Shown here: one piece after another, positions 21,802-31,635 of the stretch
Layout: every line of letters begins with the position of its first letter
Position numbering within the stretch: the first letter of the stretch is position 1
DNA from: an uncultured delta proteobacterium
Lineage (GTDB): Bacteria > Myxococcota_A > UBA9160 > SMWR01
Assembly: GCA_963832165.1 (NCBI GenBank)
Contig: CAWHTE010000003.1
Location: 416,001-480,000 of the forward strand
Length of the DNA stretch: 64,000 nucleotides
Reading direction: 5' to 3'
Position numbers and translations under genes: made by a program
The notes under the pieces: generated by a model
Told to the model about the DNA's origin: nothing
The model's database searches: none
What the model saw: only the letters and a program-made list of their open reading frames with translations

Positions 21802-23024
21802 ACCCGCGGGAGCTGTTCCGCGTCGCTGCCTATCGCTGGCTCTTCCTCTCGAACGTGGCGTTCTACCTGGCCATGCAGAGCCAGGCGCTCGTGCGCGGCT
21901 TCCTCGCCTTCCAGCTGACCCGCAGCGAGTTCGCGCTCGGCACGGTGAGCTTCGCGGTTGCCGCGCCGATGCTGCTGGTCTCGCCGATCGGCGGAGTGCT
22001 CGCCGACCGCTTCGATCGGCGCCGCCTGATCATCGTGGCACAGGGTCTCGTGTTGATCAGCGAGTCGACCGTGCTCGCGCTGTATCTGACCGATCACCTC
22101 GAGTTCTGGCACCTGGCGGCTTCCGCGCTCGTGATGGGCAGTGTTTTTCCGCTGATGATGCCCGCGCGCCAGGCAATCGTGGGCAACCTGGTCGGCCGCG
22201 AGCGCCTCGCGGGTGCCTTCGCGCTCAACCTGACCGGGATGAACACGGCGCGCGTGGTCGGCCCTGCGATCGGCGGGCTGCTGATCATGGGCGACGACGT
22301 GGGGGTCGCGTATGCGGTCGGAATCGCGATCTATGCAGCCGCGCTCTGGGGCATGTTCCAGATCGGGCCCGCCCGTCCACCCGCCGCGGCACACGACGTG
22401 TCGCTGTGGACGAACCTCATCGCGGGATTCGCCTATCTCCGACAGAACCGGCGGGTCGCGCTGCTGCTGCTGTTCGGCCTCTTGCCGATGTTCCTCGCGA
22501 TGCCGTTCCAGCAGCTCCTGCCCGCGTTCGCGGAGGAGGTGTGGCCCGTGGGCTCGAAGGGGCTGGGCCTCCTGTCGGCGATCGTGGGTCTGGGCGGCGT
22601 CGCGGGCTCGGCGTTTGTGACTTGGCGCGGAGAGTCGGGCTGGCGGCTGCCCGTTCAGCTCGGGAGCCTGATCGGCTTCTGCGCGCTGCTCGCCGCCTTC
22701 TGCTGGGTTCCGAGCTTTCCGGCCGCGCTGGTCGTCGTGTTCCTGGCCAACACCCTCGCGAGCGTGTTCGGCACCACGAACAGCACGACGATCCAGATCC
22801 TGATCCCCGACGAGGTGCGCGGCCGGGTCTCGAGCTTCTTGATGATGAGCTTCTCGCTGCCGCTGCTCGGTGTGCTTCCGATCAGCTACGCGGCCCACGA
22901 GCTGGGTGTGCAGGCCGCCGTGAGCGGTGCGGCGCTGCTCGCACTGCTGTTCGCGGTGCTCTTCTGCGCGTCGAGCCCGACGCTGCGCGGCATGGACACG
23001 GCTGTGCCCCGCGCGCGCCAGTAG
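21798..23024 (+). CDS. MFS transporter
   Basis: About 12 TM segments, GGVLADRFDRRR motif A and ARVVGPAIGG. Confidence 0.88.
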   Translation: MNPRELFRVAAYRWLFLSNVAFYLAMQSQALVRGFLAFQLTRSEFALGTVSFAVAAPMLLVSPIGGVLADRFDRRRLIIVAQGLVLISESTVLALYLTDHLEFWHLAASALVMGSVFPLMMPARQAIVGNLVGRERLAGAFALNLTGMNTARVVGPAIGGLLIMGDDVGVAYAVGIAIYAAALWGMFQIGPARPPAAAHDVSLWTNLIAGFAYLRQNRRVALLLLFGLLPMFLAMPFQQLLPAFAEEVWPVGSKGLGLLSAIVGLGGVAGSAFVTWRGESGWRLPVQLGSLIGFCALLAAFCWVPSFPAALVVVFLANTLASVFGTTNSTTIQILIPDEVRGRVSSFLMMSFSLPLLGVLPISYAAHELGVQAAVSGAALLALLFAVLFCASSPTLRGMDTAVPRARQ

Positions 23025-23055
23025 CGATCGGGAACCGGAAGCGAGCGCGCCGGAG

Positions 23056-25215
23056 TCACGGCCGCGCGGCGAGCCAGCGCAACAACGCCTCCACCGCGGA
23101 GACGTCGCGCAGCCGGCGCCGCGCGCTCGTGGGCTGATCCGCGGGCCCGACCCGGAACGTCAGACCGAGGCCCTGCAGCGCGCGGAACGCGTCCTCGTCG
23201 GTGTCGTCGTCGCCTGCATAGAGCACGCGCAGCGCGGTCGACCACGCCTGGCCATGGCGCTGGCGCAGCACGTGCAGAGCCGCGTGGCCCTTGTCCCAGG
23301 CGATCGGCGGTCGCGCCTCGATGGCGAGATGCGCGGTGCGCGGCTGGAAGCCCGCCGTGCTGATGATCACGCGCGCCTGCTCCACGAGATGCGCATGACG
23401 CTCGGCCGCGAGCTCGCGATAGTGAAGCGTCAGGGTGGCTCCCTTCTCCTCGACCCAGGCGCCGTCGCTGCACAGCGTGGCGAGCTCGGGCGCGAGGCGC
23501 TCCGCGCGCTCGGTGTAGTGGGCGAGATCGGGGTGCTGGAACGGGCTCATGTCCGGCCCCTCGATCTCGAGGCCGTGATTTCCGGCGTAGGTCAGGTCCG
23601 GTACGCCGACCATCGTGCGCACGTCGTCGATCGAGCGCCCGGACACGATGGCGAGCTCGGTGTCGGCACGCGCGGCGCACGCCGAGAGCGCAGCCCGCAT
23701 CCCGGTCGAGAGATGCGCCTCGGACGGACGCCGCGCGATCTCCGCGAGCGTGCCGTCGTAGTCGAGGAACACGACCAGCGGCCAGCCGCGCGCGAAGCGG
23801 CCGATCCAGCGCTCGAAGTCCTCCGGGCCGACGGGCACGAGCGTCGCGGGTGTGGCCGCGGCTTCGAGGAACTGATCGCACCACGCGATCACATCGTGGT
23901 CGCGCTCGCGCTGCTGGAGCGCGCGCATGCGCGCGAGGCGGTCCTCCGTGGGCATCGTCAACGCGAGGTGGAGCGCCTCGGCGACCCCGTCGATGTTGTG
24001 CGGATTGACGCGCAGCGCCTCCTCCATCGTCTCGGCGGCGCCGGTCATGTGCGAGAGCACGAGCACTCCCGGCTCCGCGACGCGGCATGCGACGAATTCC
24101 TTCGCGACCAGGTTCATTCCGTCGCGGAGCGGGGTCACGAGTGCCACGTCGGCATCGCGGTAGAGCGCCGCGAGCCGCTCCGGCTCGACCGACCGGTGGA
24201 GGTAGTGGATCGGAGTCCAGCGCGCGGTGCCGAAGCGGCCGTTCACGCGCCCGACCAGCTCGTCGATCTGACGCTTGAGCCGCTTGTAGTCACCGACCTG
24301 GCGCCGGCTCGGCACGGCGAGCTGCAGGAATACCACGCGGCCGCGGTACTCGCGGTGCTGGTGGAGCAGCCGCTCGAACGCGTGCAGGCGTTCCGGGATG
24401 CCCTTCGTGTAGTCGAGGCGGTCGACGCCCAGGATGATGCGCTCGGCGCCCTTCTCGGCCGGCGGCGCATCGTGCGCGCGCTTCTCGAACGCCGCGTAGT
24501 CGATTCCGAGCGGGAACGCGCCGACCTGGACCGTGCGCGGGCCGTGCTCGACGCGCTCTGCGCCGCGATCCACGCGCTCGCCGAGCAGGCGCTCGACGCA
24601 GTCGAGGAAGTTCGACACGTAGTCCGGACAGTGGAAGCCGATCAGGTCGCACGCGAGCATGCCGCGCAGCACCTCGCGGTACTGCGGCAGCGAGCGATAG
24701 ACGTCGTAGGACGGGAACGGAATGTGCATGAACATCGCGATTCGCGCGTCGGGGCGCATCGCGCGCAGGTGGAGTGCTGCGCGCAGCAGGTGGTAGTCGT
24801 GGATCCAGACGAGGTCGCGCGGCCCGAGCCGCCGCGCGATCGTCTCGGCGAAGCGGCGATTGATCGCGTCGTAGGTGGCCCAGAAGCGCCGATCGAGGCG
24901 CACGCGCTCCGGGAGCGTGTGGAACAACGGCCACAGTGTCTGGTTCGAATACCCTTCGTAGTAGCGGCGCACCTCGTTTGCGGTGAGATCGACCGCCTCG
25001 AGCGCATAGCCGAGGTCGAGGTCGGGCGGCGCGCCGGGTGCGCCGAGCCAGCCGACCCAGGTACCGCCGACCGCACGCAGCGCCGGGTCGATCGCCGCCA
25101 CGAGCCCGCCACTCGAGCGCCGGACCTGGTTTCCGCGGCGGTTCCGCTGAATCGTCACAGGTAGACGGTTGCTCGCGACGATCAGGTGATCGAAGTTCAC
25201 GGAGGGGGGGCGCAT
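23056..25215 (-). CDS. Bifunctional trehalose-6-phosphate synthase/phosphatase (OtsA-OtsB fusion)
   Basis: [41 protein letters not shown] and DGMNLVAKE (GT20), then [21 protein letters not shown] and [10 protein letters not shown] (HAD). Confidence 0.93.
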   Translation of the reverse strand: MRPPSVNFDHLIVASNRLPVTIQRNRRGNQVRRSSGGLVAAIDPALRAVGGTWVGWLGAPGAPPDLDLGYALEAVDLTANEVRRYYEGYSNQTLWPLFHTLPERVRLDRRFWATYDAINRRFAETIARRLGPRDLVWIHDYHLLRAALHLRAMRPDARIAMFMHIPFPSYDVYRSLPQYREVLRGMLACDLIGFHCPDYVSNFLDCVERLLGERVDRGAERVEHGPRTVQVGAFPLGIDYAAFEKRAHDAPPAEKGAERIILGVDRLDYTKGIPERLHAFERLLHQHREYRGRVVFLQLAVPSRRQVGDYKRLKRQIDELVGRVNGRFGTARWTPIHYLHRSVEPERLAALYRDADVALVTPLRDGMNLVAKEFVACRVAEPGVLVLSHMTGAAETMEEALRVNPHNIDGVAEALHLALTMPTEDRLARMRALQQRERDHDVIAWCDQFLEAAATPATLVPVGPEDFERWIGRFARGWPLVVFLDYDGTLAEIARRPSEAHLSTGMRAALSACAARADTELAIVSGRSIDDVRTMVGVPDLTYAGNHGLEIEGPDMSPFQHPDLAHYTERAERLAPELATLCSDGAWVEEKGATLTLHYRELAAERHAHLVEQARVIISTAGFQPRTAHLAIEARPPIAWDKGHAALHVLRQRHGQAWSTALRVLYAGDDDTDEDAFRALQGLGLTFRVGPADQPTSARRRLRDVSAVEALLRWLAARP

Positions 25216-25263
25216 CCTCGGAAGATACTCCGGATGTCGCGCCCATCCGGCTTTGGAGGATCG

Positions 25264-27042
25264 ATGTCCGGGCTCGACCTAGCGATGGTGGGGAATTGCA
25301 CCTGGGGAGGACTGATCGACCGAAACGCGCGCCTCGTATGGGCGTGTCTGCCGCGCTTCGATTCGGATCCGATCTTTCCGGCGCTGCTGGATGGGGACGA
25401 TCGCGACGAAGGCGTGTTTGCGATCGAGATCGAGGGCCAGATCGCCTCCGAGCAGCACTACGACGGCAACACGCCGATCCTCGTCACGACGCTGCGCGAC
25501 GGGTCAGGCGGCGCGATCGAGATCCGCGATTTCGCACCGCGCTTCTCGAACCACGGCCGCTTCTACCGCCCCACGATGATGATTCGCCGCGTGCGCCCGC
25601 TCTCGGGCGAGCCGCGGGTCCGGATCCTGCTGCGCCCGCGCTGCGACTACGGTGCGGGCAGGCCCGCCACGACGCGCGGCAGCAATCACATGCGCTACGT
25701 GACCCCCGGGCTCACACTGCGCCTGACGACCGACGCGCCGATCTCGTACGTCGCGGAGGCCACGCCGTTCGTGCTCCAACGCCCGCTCGCGCTGATCCTG
25801 GGCCCGGACGAGCCGCTCGCGGCGTCGATCGACGGCACCGCGCGCGATCTCGAGGAGCGCACACACGATCACTGGGTGGAGTGGGTGCGCTCGCTCTCGA
25901 TCCCGTTCGAGTGGCAGGACGCCGTGATCCGGGCCGCGATCGCGCTGAAGCAGTGCGCCTACGAGGAGACGGGCGCGATCGTGGCCGCGCTCACGACGTC
26001 GATTCCGGAGGCGCCCAACAGCGGTCGCAACTGGGACTATCGCTACTGCTGGCTGCGCGACGCCTACTTCGTGGTCCAGGCGTTGAACCGGCTCGGCGCG
26101 ACCCGCACGATGGAGGGGTTCCTCTCCTTCATCTCCACGCTCGCGGCAACCGCGGGCGACCGCGAGCTCCAGCCGCTCTACGGAATCGGGCTCGAGACGG
26201 CGCTCCACGAGAGCGAGGCTCCCGCGCTCGCGGGCTTCCGCCACATGGGACCCGTGCGCGTCGGCAACCAGGCATTCGAGCAGATCCAGAACGACAGCTA
26301 CGGGAGCGTGGTGCTCGCGGCGACGCAGTCGTTCTTCGACCGGCGCCTCCTGCACCCGGGCGGTGAGTCGCTGTTCCGGTTGCTCGAGACGGCCGGCGAC
26401 TACGCGCTGCGGCTCTGGAACCGGCCCGACGCGGGCCTCTGGGAGCTGCGCACGCGCAGGCACGTCCACACCTTCTCTGCGGTGATGTGCTGGGCGGCGT
26501 GCGACCGGCTCGCGCGGATCGCTGCGCATCTCGGCCGTACGGCGCGCGCGCAGCACTGGCACGCGCACGCACAGAAGATCCGCGAGGAGGTGCTCGCGCG
26601 CGCGTGGAACGAACGGCGCGGCAGCTTCGTCGGCGCGTTCGAAGGCGATCAGCTCGACGCCTCGCTGCTGCTGCTGCCGGAGCTCGGCTTCCTGCCCGCG
26701 ACCGACCCGCGCTTCGGCGCGACGCTCGGCGCGATCGAGCGCGAGCTGCGGCACGGTGACTATCTCTACCGCTATTCGGACGACGAGTTCGGCGCGGCGC
26801 AGACCGCGTTCAACGTGTGCACGTTCTGGTACATCGACGCGCTCGCCGCAGTCGGCCGGCGCGAAGAGGCGCGCGCGCTGTTCGCCAACATGCTCGCGCG
26901 GCGCAACCCGGCCGGGCTGCTCTCGGAAGATCTCGACGCGAAGACGGGCGAGCTCTGGGGCAACTTCCCGCAGACCTACTCGCTGGTCGGATTGATCAAC
27001 TCGGCGATGCGGCTGTCGGTTCGCTGGGAAGAAGCGCTGTAG
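25264..27042 (+). CDS. Glycoside hydrolase family 15 (trehalase/glucoamylase-like)
   Basis: SD GGAGGA; LPRFDS, AALTTSIPE, RNWDYRYCWLRDA, DAGLWELR and GLLSED...LWGNFPQTYS. Confidence 0.92.
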   Translation: MSGLDLAMVGNCTWGGLIDRNARLVWACLPRFDSDPIFPALLDGDDRDEGVFAIEIEGQIASEQHYDGNTPILVTTLRDGSGGAIEIRDFAPRFSNHGRFYRPTMMIRRVRPLSGEPRVRILLRPRCDYGAGRPATTRGSNHMRYVTPGLTLRLTTDAPISYVAEATPFVLQRPLALILGPDEPLAASIDGTARDLEERTHDHWVEWVRSLSIPFEWQDAVIRAAIALKQCAYEETGAIVAALTTSIPEAPNSGRNWDYRYCWLRDAYFVVQALNRLGATRTMEGFLSFISTLAATAGDRELQPLYGIGLETALHESEAPALAGFRHMGPVRVGNQAFEQIQNDSYGSVVLAATQSFFDRRLLHPGGESLFRLLETAGDYALRLWNRPDAGLWELRTRRHVHTFSAVMCWAACDRLARIAAHLGRTARAQHWHAHAQKIREEVLARAWNERRGSFVGAFEGDQLDASLLLLPELGFLPATDPRFGATLGAIERELRHGDYLYRYSDDEFGAAQTAFNVCTFWYIDALAAVGRREEARALFANMLARRNPAGLLSEDLDAKTGELWGNFPQTYSLVGLINSAMRLSVRWEEAL

Positions 27043-27212
27043 TCGCTCGGAGTCGGCGCGGGCGCCGGCATCGCTTCGCTGAACGGATGCGGCGGCACCG
27101 GGCCGCGACAGCCCGGAGGTGCCGGGGGCCGCGGCGGTCCCATCCAGAACAGCGCCGCGCCGAGCAGGATGAGGATGCGCAGGAGCCGGTACGTTCGCCG
27201 TCGCGGATTCAT
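26976..27212 (-). CDS. Possible small membrane-anchored Pro-rich protein
   Basis: GGAGG upstream of ATG; basic N-terminus, hydrophobic helix, Pro-rich tail; overlaps the GH15 3' end by 67 nt. Confidence 0.35.
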   Translation of the reverse strand: MNPRRRTYRLLRILILLGAALFWMGPPRPPAPPGCRGPVPPHPFSEAMPAPAPTPSDYSASSQRTDSRIAELINPTSE

Positions 27213-27304
27213 TGCTGCCTCCGTCTACTTTCCTGTAGTAGTCGGGGGCACGTATCGCGTCAAGCGCGGCGGCCGGGGTGGTTGGCTTGCCGGGCCTCAT
27301 TCGC

Positions 27305-27716
27305 TTCGTGCAGCCGGGGTGGTTGGCTTGCTGCGGCTCATGGCTCGCCGGCCTGGGGGTGACGTTCTCTCTCGCCCGAATGATCCGAAGCCAGCGATGG
27401 CTTCAGGCTTTCAGGTTGCCGGTCCAACCCAAGTGGCCACGAGCCGTGCGACGGCCCGTGGCCGGCTCCGCTTTACTTCGCCGCAGCAAGCCAACCACCC
27501 CGCCACTCGAATTCGAACTCGTACGCCCTGGAATCGTGAACCTCTCCATGCGCTAGGCCGGGCGCTTGAATTCGCCGCCGGAGGCGTTGGTGATCCTGGA
27601 GCATATGCGTCTCCGAGCCGGCAACCATTGTGCTCCGGTGTACCGTCGTGCACGCCGACGGAGCCACAACGCCGACGCGGCGAATCAACGCCCGGCCCCA
27701 GGCAACGGACACCGCG
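27305..27716. repeat. ~400-bp structured intergenic element, copy 1
   Basis: About 95% identical to 32499-32903; module A bounded by inverted repeat 27313-27337/27480-27504; module B (27556-27697) bounded by an imperfect long inverted repeat. Confidence 0.92.
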
Positions 27717-27738
27717 TTACGCCCTTCGGGCTACTGCC

Positions 27739-29949
27739 CTACGACGCCTTGTCCGGCGTGGTGCCACCGCCCATCCATCGCGGCGCCCACCAGTTCCAGC
27801 GGCCGAGCAGGCGCATCGTGGCGGGTACGAGCAGCGCGCGCACGAGCGTCACGTCGAGCGCGATCGCAGCCGACATGCCGACCCCGATCTCCTTCACGAA
27901 GACGAGCTCGCCCGCGGCGAACGCGCCGATCACCACGAGCAGGATCAGCGCAGCGCTCGAGATCACGCGGCCCGTGTGGGCCAGCCCCGCGACGATGCTG
28001 CGCGAGTTGTCGCCGTCGCGGCGGTACTCCTCCTGGATGCGCGCGAGCAGGAACACCTCGTAGTCCATCGAGAGTCCGAACACGATCGCGGCGAGCATGA
28101 GCGGAATCGTCGGCTCGATCCCGTTGGGCGGCTCGAAGTTCAAGAGGCCCGCGAGGTGTCCATCCTGGAACACCCAGACCAGCACGCCGAAGCTCGCGCC
28201 GAGCGAGAGCAGGTTCATGAGCGCGGCCTTGATCGGTACGAGAACGGAGCGGAATGCGGTGAACAGTACCGCGAGGTTCCAGCCGACCACGCCCAGCGCG
28301 ACGATCAGCGCATAGCGCGCCAGGACGTTGTTCACATCGACGAGCTGCGCGGTCGGGCCGCCCACCTCGAGCCGGCGGCCCGGGTGCGGCAGCGAGCGCA
28401 CCGAACCCAACAGCTCCGCGGCGGCGTAGGTGCGGAACGACTGGCCGCCCTGGGCGTTGATCAGCGTGAGGTCGCCGTCGGTGGTGCGGTCGAGCTCGGT
28501 CAGCACGTCGGGATCGGTGGTGGTGACGAGCCCGTCGCTGCCGACCTGGTTCGGATCGAGCGCGTCGAGCGCAGTGTCGATCGTGGTGATCCCGGGCACC
28601 GCTGCGAGCTCTTCGAGATAGGCCTGCACACGGCGCAGCGTGTCGGGCGCGAGCACGGGCCCCTCGGTCTCGAGCACGATCTGAAGCGCCGAGGCGCCGC
28701 TCGGGTCGAACTGCGCGGGATCCGCAAGCCGCTCGTCGACGTTGCGCACCTCGGAGCCTCGCGGGAAGGTGGTGGTATCGGGCATCGCCGCTCGCATGCG
28801 CAGCGCGGGCAGGGCCGCGAGCACGAGCACGAGCGTGCAGGCGCCCGCAGTGAGCCACGGATAGCGGACCGCGAAGGTGCCGATCCCCGCCCACGCGCGG
28901 CTCGGGCCCGCGTCCTCGGGAGCGCGGCCGAGCGGGAAGCGATTGACGTTCGGCCCGAGCCAGGCGAGCAGCGCGGGCAGCATCACGAGCGCGCCGATCA
29001 GCGCGTTCGCGACCGCGAGGATCCCGCCCAGCGCCACGCTGCGCACGAGCGGCAGCGGAACCACGAACAGCACCGCCATGCTCACCATCACCGTGAGGCC
29101 CGAGATCCAGACCGCGCGCCCCGCGGTGTCGAGCGTGCGCGTCACGGCGTCGGCGGTGCTCGCGCTATGCGCCATCTCCTCGCGAAAGCGCTGCACGGTG
29201 AGCAGCGCGTAGTCGATCGAGAGACCAAGGCCGAGAAAGGCGCTCACGTTGAGCGAGAAGACGGAGATCTCCATGAAGTTCGAGATCACCTTGATCACCG
29301 CGACCGAGAGCGCCATCGCGATCGCGCCGATCGCGATCGGCAGGAGCGCCGCCACTACGCTGCGGAAGAACAGCAGCGTGAGCACGAGCGCGAGCGGCAG
29401 CGCATACATCTCGGCTTCGCCGACATCGCGCTCGGCGATCGACTGCGCGAGCGCCTCGGCGGGGATCGGGCCGCTGATCTCGACGCCCGGGAAGAGCTCG
29501 CGCAGCACCTTGTCGACGCGCGGCAGCGCGTTCACCATCTCCGACATCGAGCCCGCGAGATCGATCAGCACGATCGTGCGGTGTCCGTCGCGCGAGACGA
29601 GCGCGTCGAGCCCCGTGTCGTAGTGCGAGACGGTGCCGACGATCGCCGGGTCCTCGTAGAGCTGGTCGAGGCCGTCGAGCACGGTGCTCACGTACTCGGG
29701 GTCGCGCACGTCGAGATCGGGGCTGTACAGCATCGCCACGACGTCGGCGTTCGCGATCCCGAGCCGCTCGGTGATGCGTTTGGCCACGCGGTCCGACTCG
29801 CTGCCCGGGACGTCGATCCCGCCCGCGAGCAGCTGCTCGGCGACGTTCGCGCCGTAGAGTCCCGCGACGAGCGCGATGAGCCCCATCGTGGCCGCGACCG
29901 CGCGCGGGCGCGCGGACACCGCGCGTCCGAGCCGCGTGAACACGCTCAA
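27739..29949 (-). CDS. MMPL (RND superfamily) lipid transporter
   Basis: Two TM bundles with GLGLSIDYALL and FGLSMDYEVFLL (Asp-Tyr pairs), TAGRAV and LLGRWNWWAPRW; TTG start after AGGAG overlaps the SDR stop. Confidence 0.92.
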   Translation of the reverse strand: MSVFTRLGRAVSARPRAVAATMGLIALVAGLYGANVAEQLLAGGIDVPGSESDRVAKRITERLGIANADVVAMLYSPDLDVRDPEYVSTVLDGLDQLYEDPAIVGTVSHYDTGLDALVSRDGHRTIVLIDLAGSMSEMVNALPRVDKVLRELFPGVEISGPIPAEALAQSIAERDVGEAEMYALPLALVLTLLFFRSVVAALLPIAIGAIAMALSVAVIKVISNFMEISVFSLNVSAFLGLGLSIDYALLTVQRFREEMAHSASTADAVTRTLDTAGRAVWISGLTVMVSMAVLFVVPLPLVRSVALGGILAVANALIGALVMLPALLAWLGPNVNRFPLGRAPEDAGPSRAWAGIGTFAVRYPWLTAGACTLVLVLAALPALRMRAAMPDTTTFPRGSEVRNVDERLADPAQFDPSGASALQIVLETEGPVLAPDTLRRVQAYLEELAAVPGITTIDTALDALDPNQVGSDGLVTTTDPDVLTELDRTTDGDLTLINAQGGQSFRTYAAAELLGSVRSLPHPGRRLEVGGPTAQLVDVNNVLARYALIVALGVVGWNLAVLFTAFRSVLVPIKAALMNLLSLGASFGVLVWVFQDGHLAGLLNFEPPNGIEPTIPLMLAAIVFGLSMDYEVFLLARIQEEYRRDGDNSRSIVAGLAHTGRVISSAALILLVVIGAFAAGELVFVKEIGVGMSAAIALDVTLVRALLVPATMRLLGRWNWWAPRWMGGGTTPDKAS

Positions 29950-30794
29950 GTGCCACTCCTTCCAGCCGTGGCGCGCGCGCGCGCCTGCGTCAGGACGTCG
30001 GCGGGTACCGGGTCGAACGCGGCCATCGCGCGCCGCAACAATCCGGGCGCGATGGAGCGCAACAGACGCGCGACGAACAGCGACGCGCTGTGGCGCGGCG
30101 CCGTCCGCTCGTAGCGCCGCTTCTCGACGCATTCGAGGATCGCGTCGACCACGATGCGGGGTGAGTGTTTTCTCCCGTTGAACGCAGGCGGCTCGTCGAG
30201 CTTCCCCCAGATCTCGGTGTCGATCGCGCCCGGGTTCACGATCGCGACGTGCACACCCGAGCCGTGGAGATCGTGCCAGAGTCCCTCGCTCCAGGCGTTC
30301 AGCGCTGCCTTCGACGCCGCGTAGATCGCCTCGCGCGGCGGTGCCACGAGCGCGGCGAACGACGACACGTTCACGATCACGCCGCCGCCCTGCGCGAGCA
30401 TGGGCGGAATCGCCGCGAGCGTGGTCCAGACCGCGGAGAGGAAGTTCACGCGCATCACGGTCTCGGCTTCGTCGGGCGACAGGTCGTAGACCGGCTTGTG
30501 CTTCGGGATCGCGGCGTTGTTCACGAGCACGTCGATGCGGCCGTGGCGCGCGAGCGTCTCCGCGACGATCTGCTCCGCCATCTTGCGATCACCGAGGTCA
30601 CCCGCGATGAACGAGGCGCGCTGCGGGAGACTTGCGTTACACGCGGCGACGAGCTCGCGCAGGCGGTCTTCGCGGCGTGCGACACCCACCACGCGCGCGC
30701 CGCGCTGTGCGAACGCGAGCGCGGTCTCGTAGCCGATGCCCGACGAAGCACCGGTCACGAGTGCGACGGCGTTCTGCCAGTCCAGTCGGCTCAC
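29946..30794 (-). CDS. Short-chain dehydrogenase/reductase
   Basis: TGASSGIG, VLVNNAA and YAASK; GTG overlaps the upstream stop. Confidence 0.9.
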   Translation of the reverse strand: MSRLDWQNAVALVTGASSGIGYETALAFAQRGARVVGVARREDRLRELVAACNASLPQRASFIAGDLGDRKMAEQIVAETLARHGRIDVLVNNAAIPKHKPVYDLSPDEAETVMRVNFLSAVWTTLAAIPPMLAQGGGVIVNVSSFAALVAPPREAIYAASKAALNAWSEGLWHDLHGSGVHVAIVNPGAIDTEIWGKLDEPPAFNGRKHSPRIVVDAILECVEKRRYERTAPRHSASLFVARLLRSIAPGLLRRAMAAFDPVPADVLTQARARATAGRSGT

Positions 30795-31582
30795 GGCGTC
30801 CCGAGCCGCGCGAGCTCGCGCCGGGCGGTCTGCTTCATGAAGTCGCAGAACAGGCGCTCGGTATTGGCGGTGCAGGGCAGCGCCACGGTGCGCTCGAAGT
30901 GGGTGCGAGCCCGCGCTGCGTCGCCGTCGCGCGCCCAGAATACGGCGAATACGTAGTGATTGCGCACCGAGGCCGGTGCGATCTTCAGGGTCTTCTCGAA
31001 TTGCTCGAGCGCCACATCGCGATCGTGCACGGGCCACGGCGCCACCATGTAGAAGTTGGCCAGCAGCGATGCGCCGAGTCCGTCGTCGAACTTCGGGTCG
31101 AGGTCCACCAGGCGCTGCGCGTGGGTCCTGTACTCGCCGCCCGCGCCAGAAACGATCGAGCGGATGATCCCGAGGCTCGACACATAGAACATGTACGAGG
31201 TGGCGAGCGCTGCCGCGGCCTCCACCGACTGCGGCCGCAGCTTCTCCGCCGCGCGCGCGTGCTCGAGTGCGCGGGCGCCGAGATCGGCCCACAGCGCGCG
31301 GTTGGCAGCGGTGTCCTGGAGCCCATCGACGAGCGGCAGGTTTCCGTTGCTGCGAATGGCCATCACCTGGGACAGCGCCACGGCCGTGCCCAGGCGCAGA
31401 TCGAAGTTCGCGGGCTCCTTGGCCGCGCGCGCCTCGAGGACCCGCGCCACGCGCTCGAGCTCCTCGAGCTTCGTGCTCTCGCGCAGCACGATCTCCTCGG
31501 GTGTCGGCTCGGAGGACGCGATCACCGGTGCCGCGAGCACCGCGGCGAATACGCATGCGCGGATGAGTCGGAATCGCAGCAC
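30791..31582 (-). CDS. Exported helical/TPR-like protein (TatT-like)
   Basis: SD GAAGGAG; signal peptide; all-helical pattern with LDPKFDDGLG...FYMVAPWP...ALEQFEKTLKIAP resembling TPR/TatT repeats. Confidence 0.6.
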   Translation of the reverse strand: MLRFRLIRACVFAAVLAAPVIASSEPTPEEIVLRESTKLEELERVARVLEARAAKEPANFDLRLGTAVALSQVMAIRSNGNLPLVDGLQDTAANRALWADLGARALEHARAAEKLRPQSVEAAAALATSYMFYVSSLGIIRSIVSGAGGEYRTHAQRLVDLDPKFDDGLGASLLANFYMVAPWPVHDRDVALEQFEKTLKIAPASVRNHYVFAVFWARDGDAARARTHFERTVALPCTANTERLFCDFMKQTARRELARLGTP

Positions 31583-31635
31583 GGTGGCTCCTTCGCGGGA
31601 GTTCTTCGGGCCGCGTAGCATATCGCCTCTCACTA

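Noticed and set aside
27271..27504. CRISPR-like array from the recurring GCCGGGGTGGTTGGCTTGC
   Set aside because: Only two direct copies plus one inverted copy locally, no regular spacers and no cas genes.
27278..27556. ORFs preserved in both repeat copies (PGWLACCGSW... and MNSPPEALV...)
   Set aside because: Start codons or ends differ between copies and there is no clear SD. The frame-preserving 6-nt indel is explained by the hexamer linker, and palindromic structure explains the conservation better.
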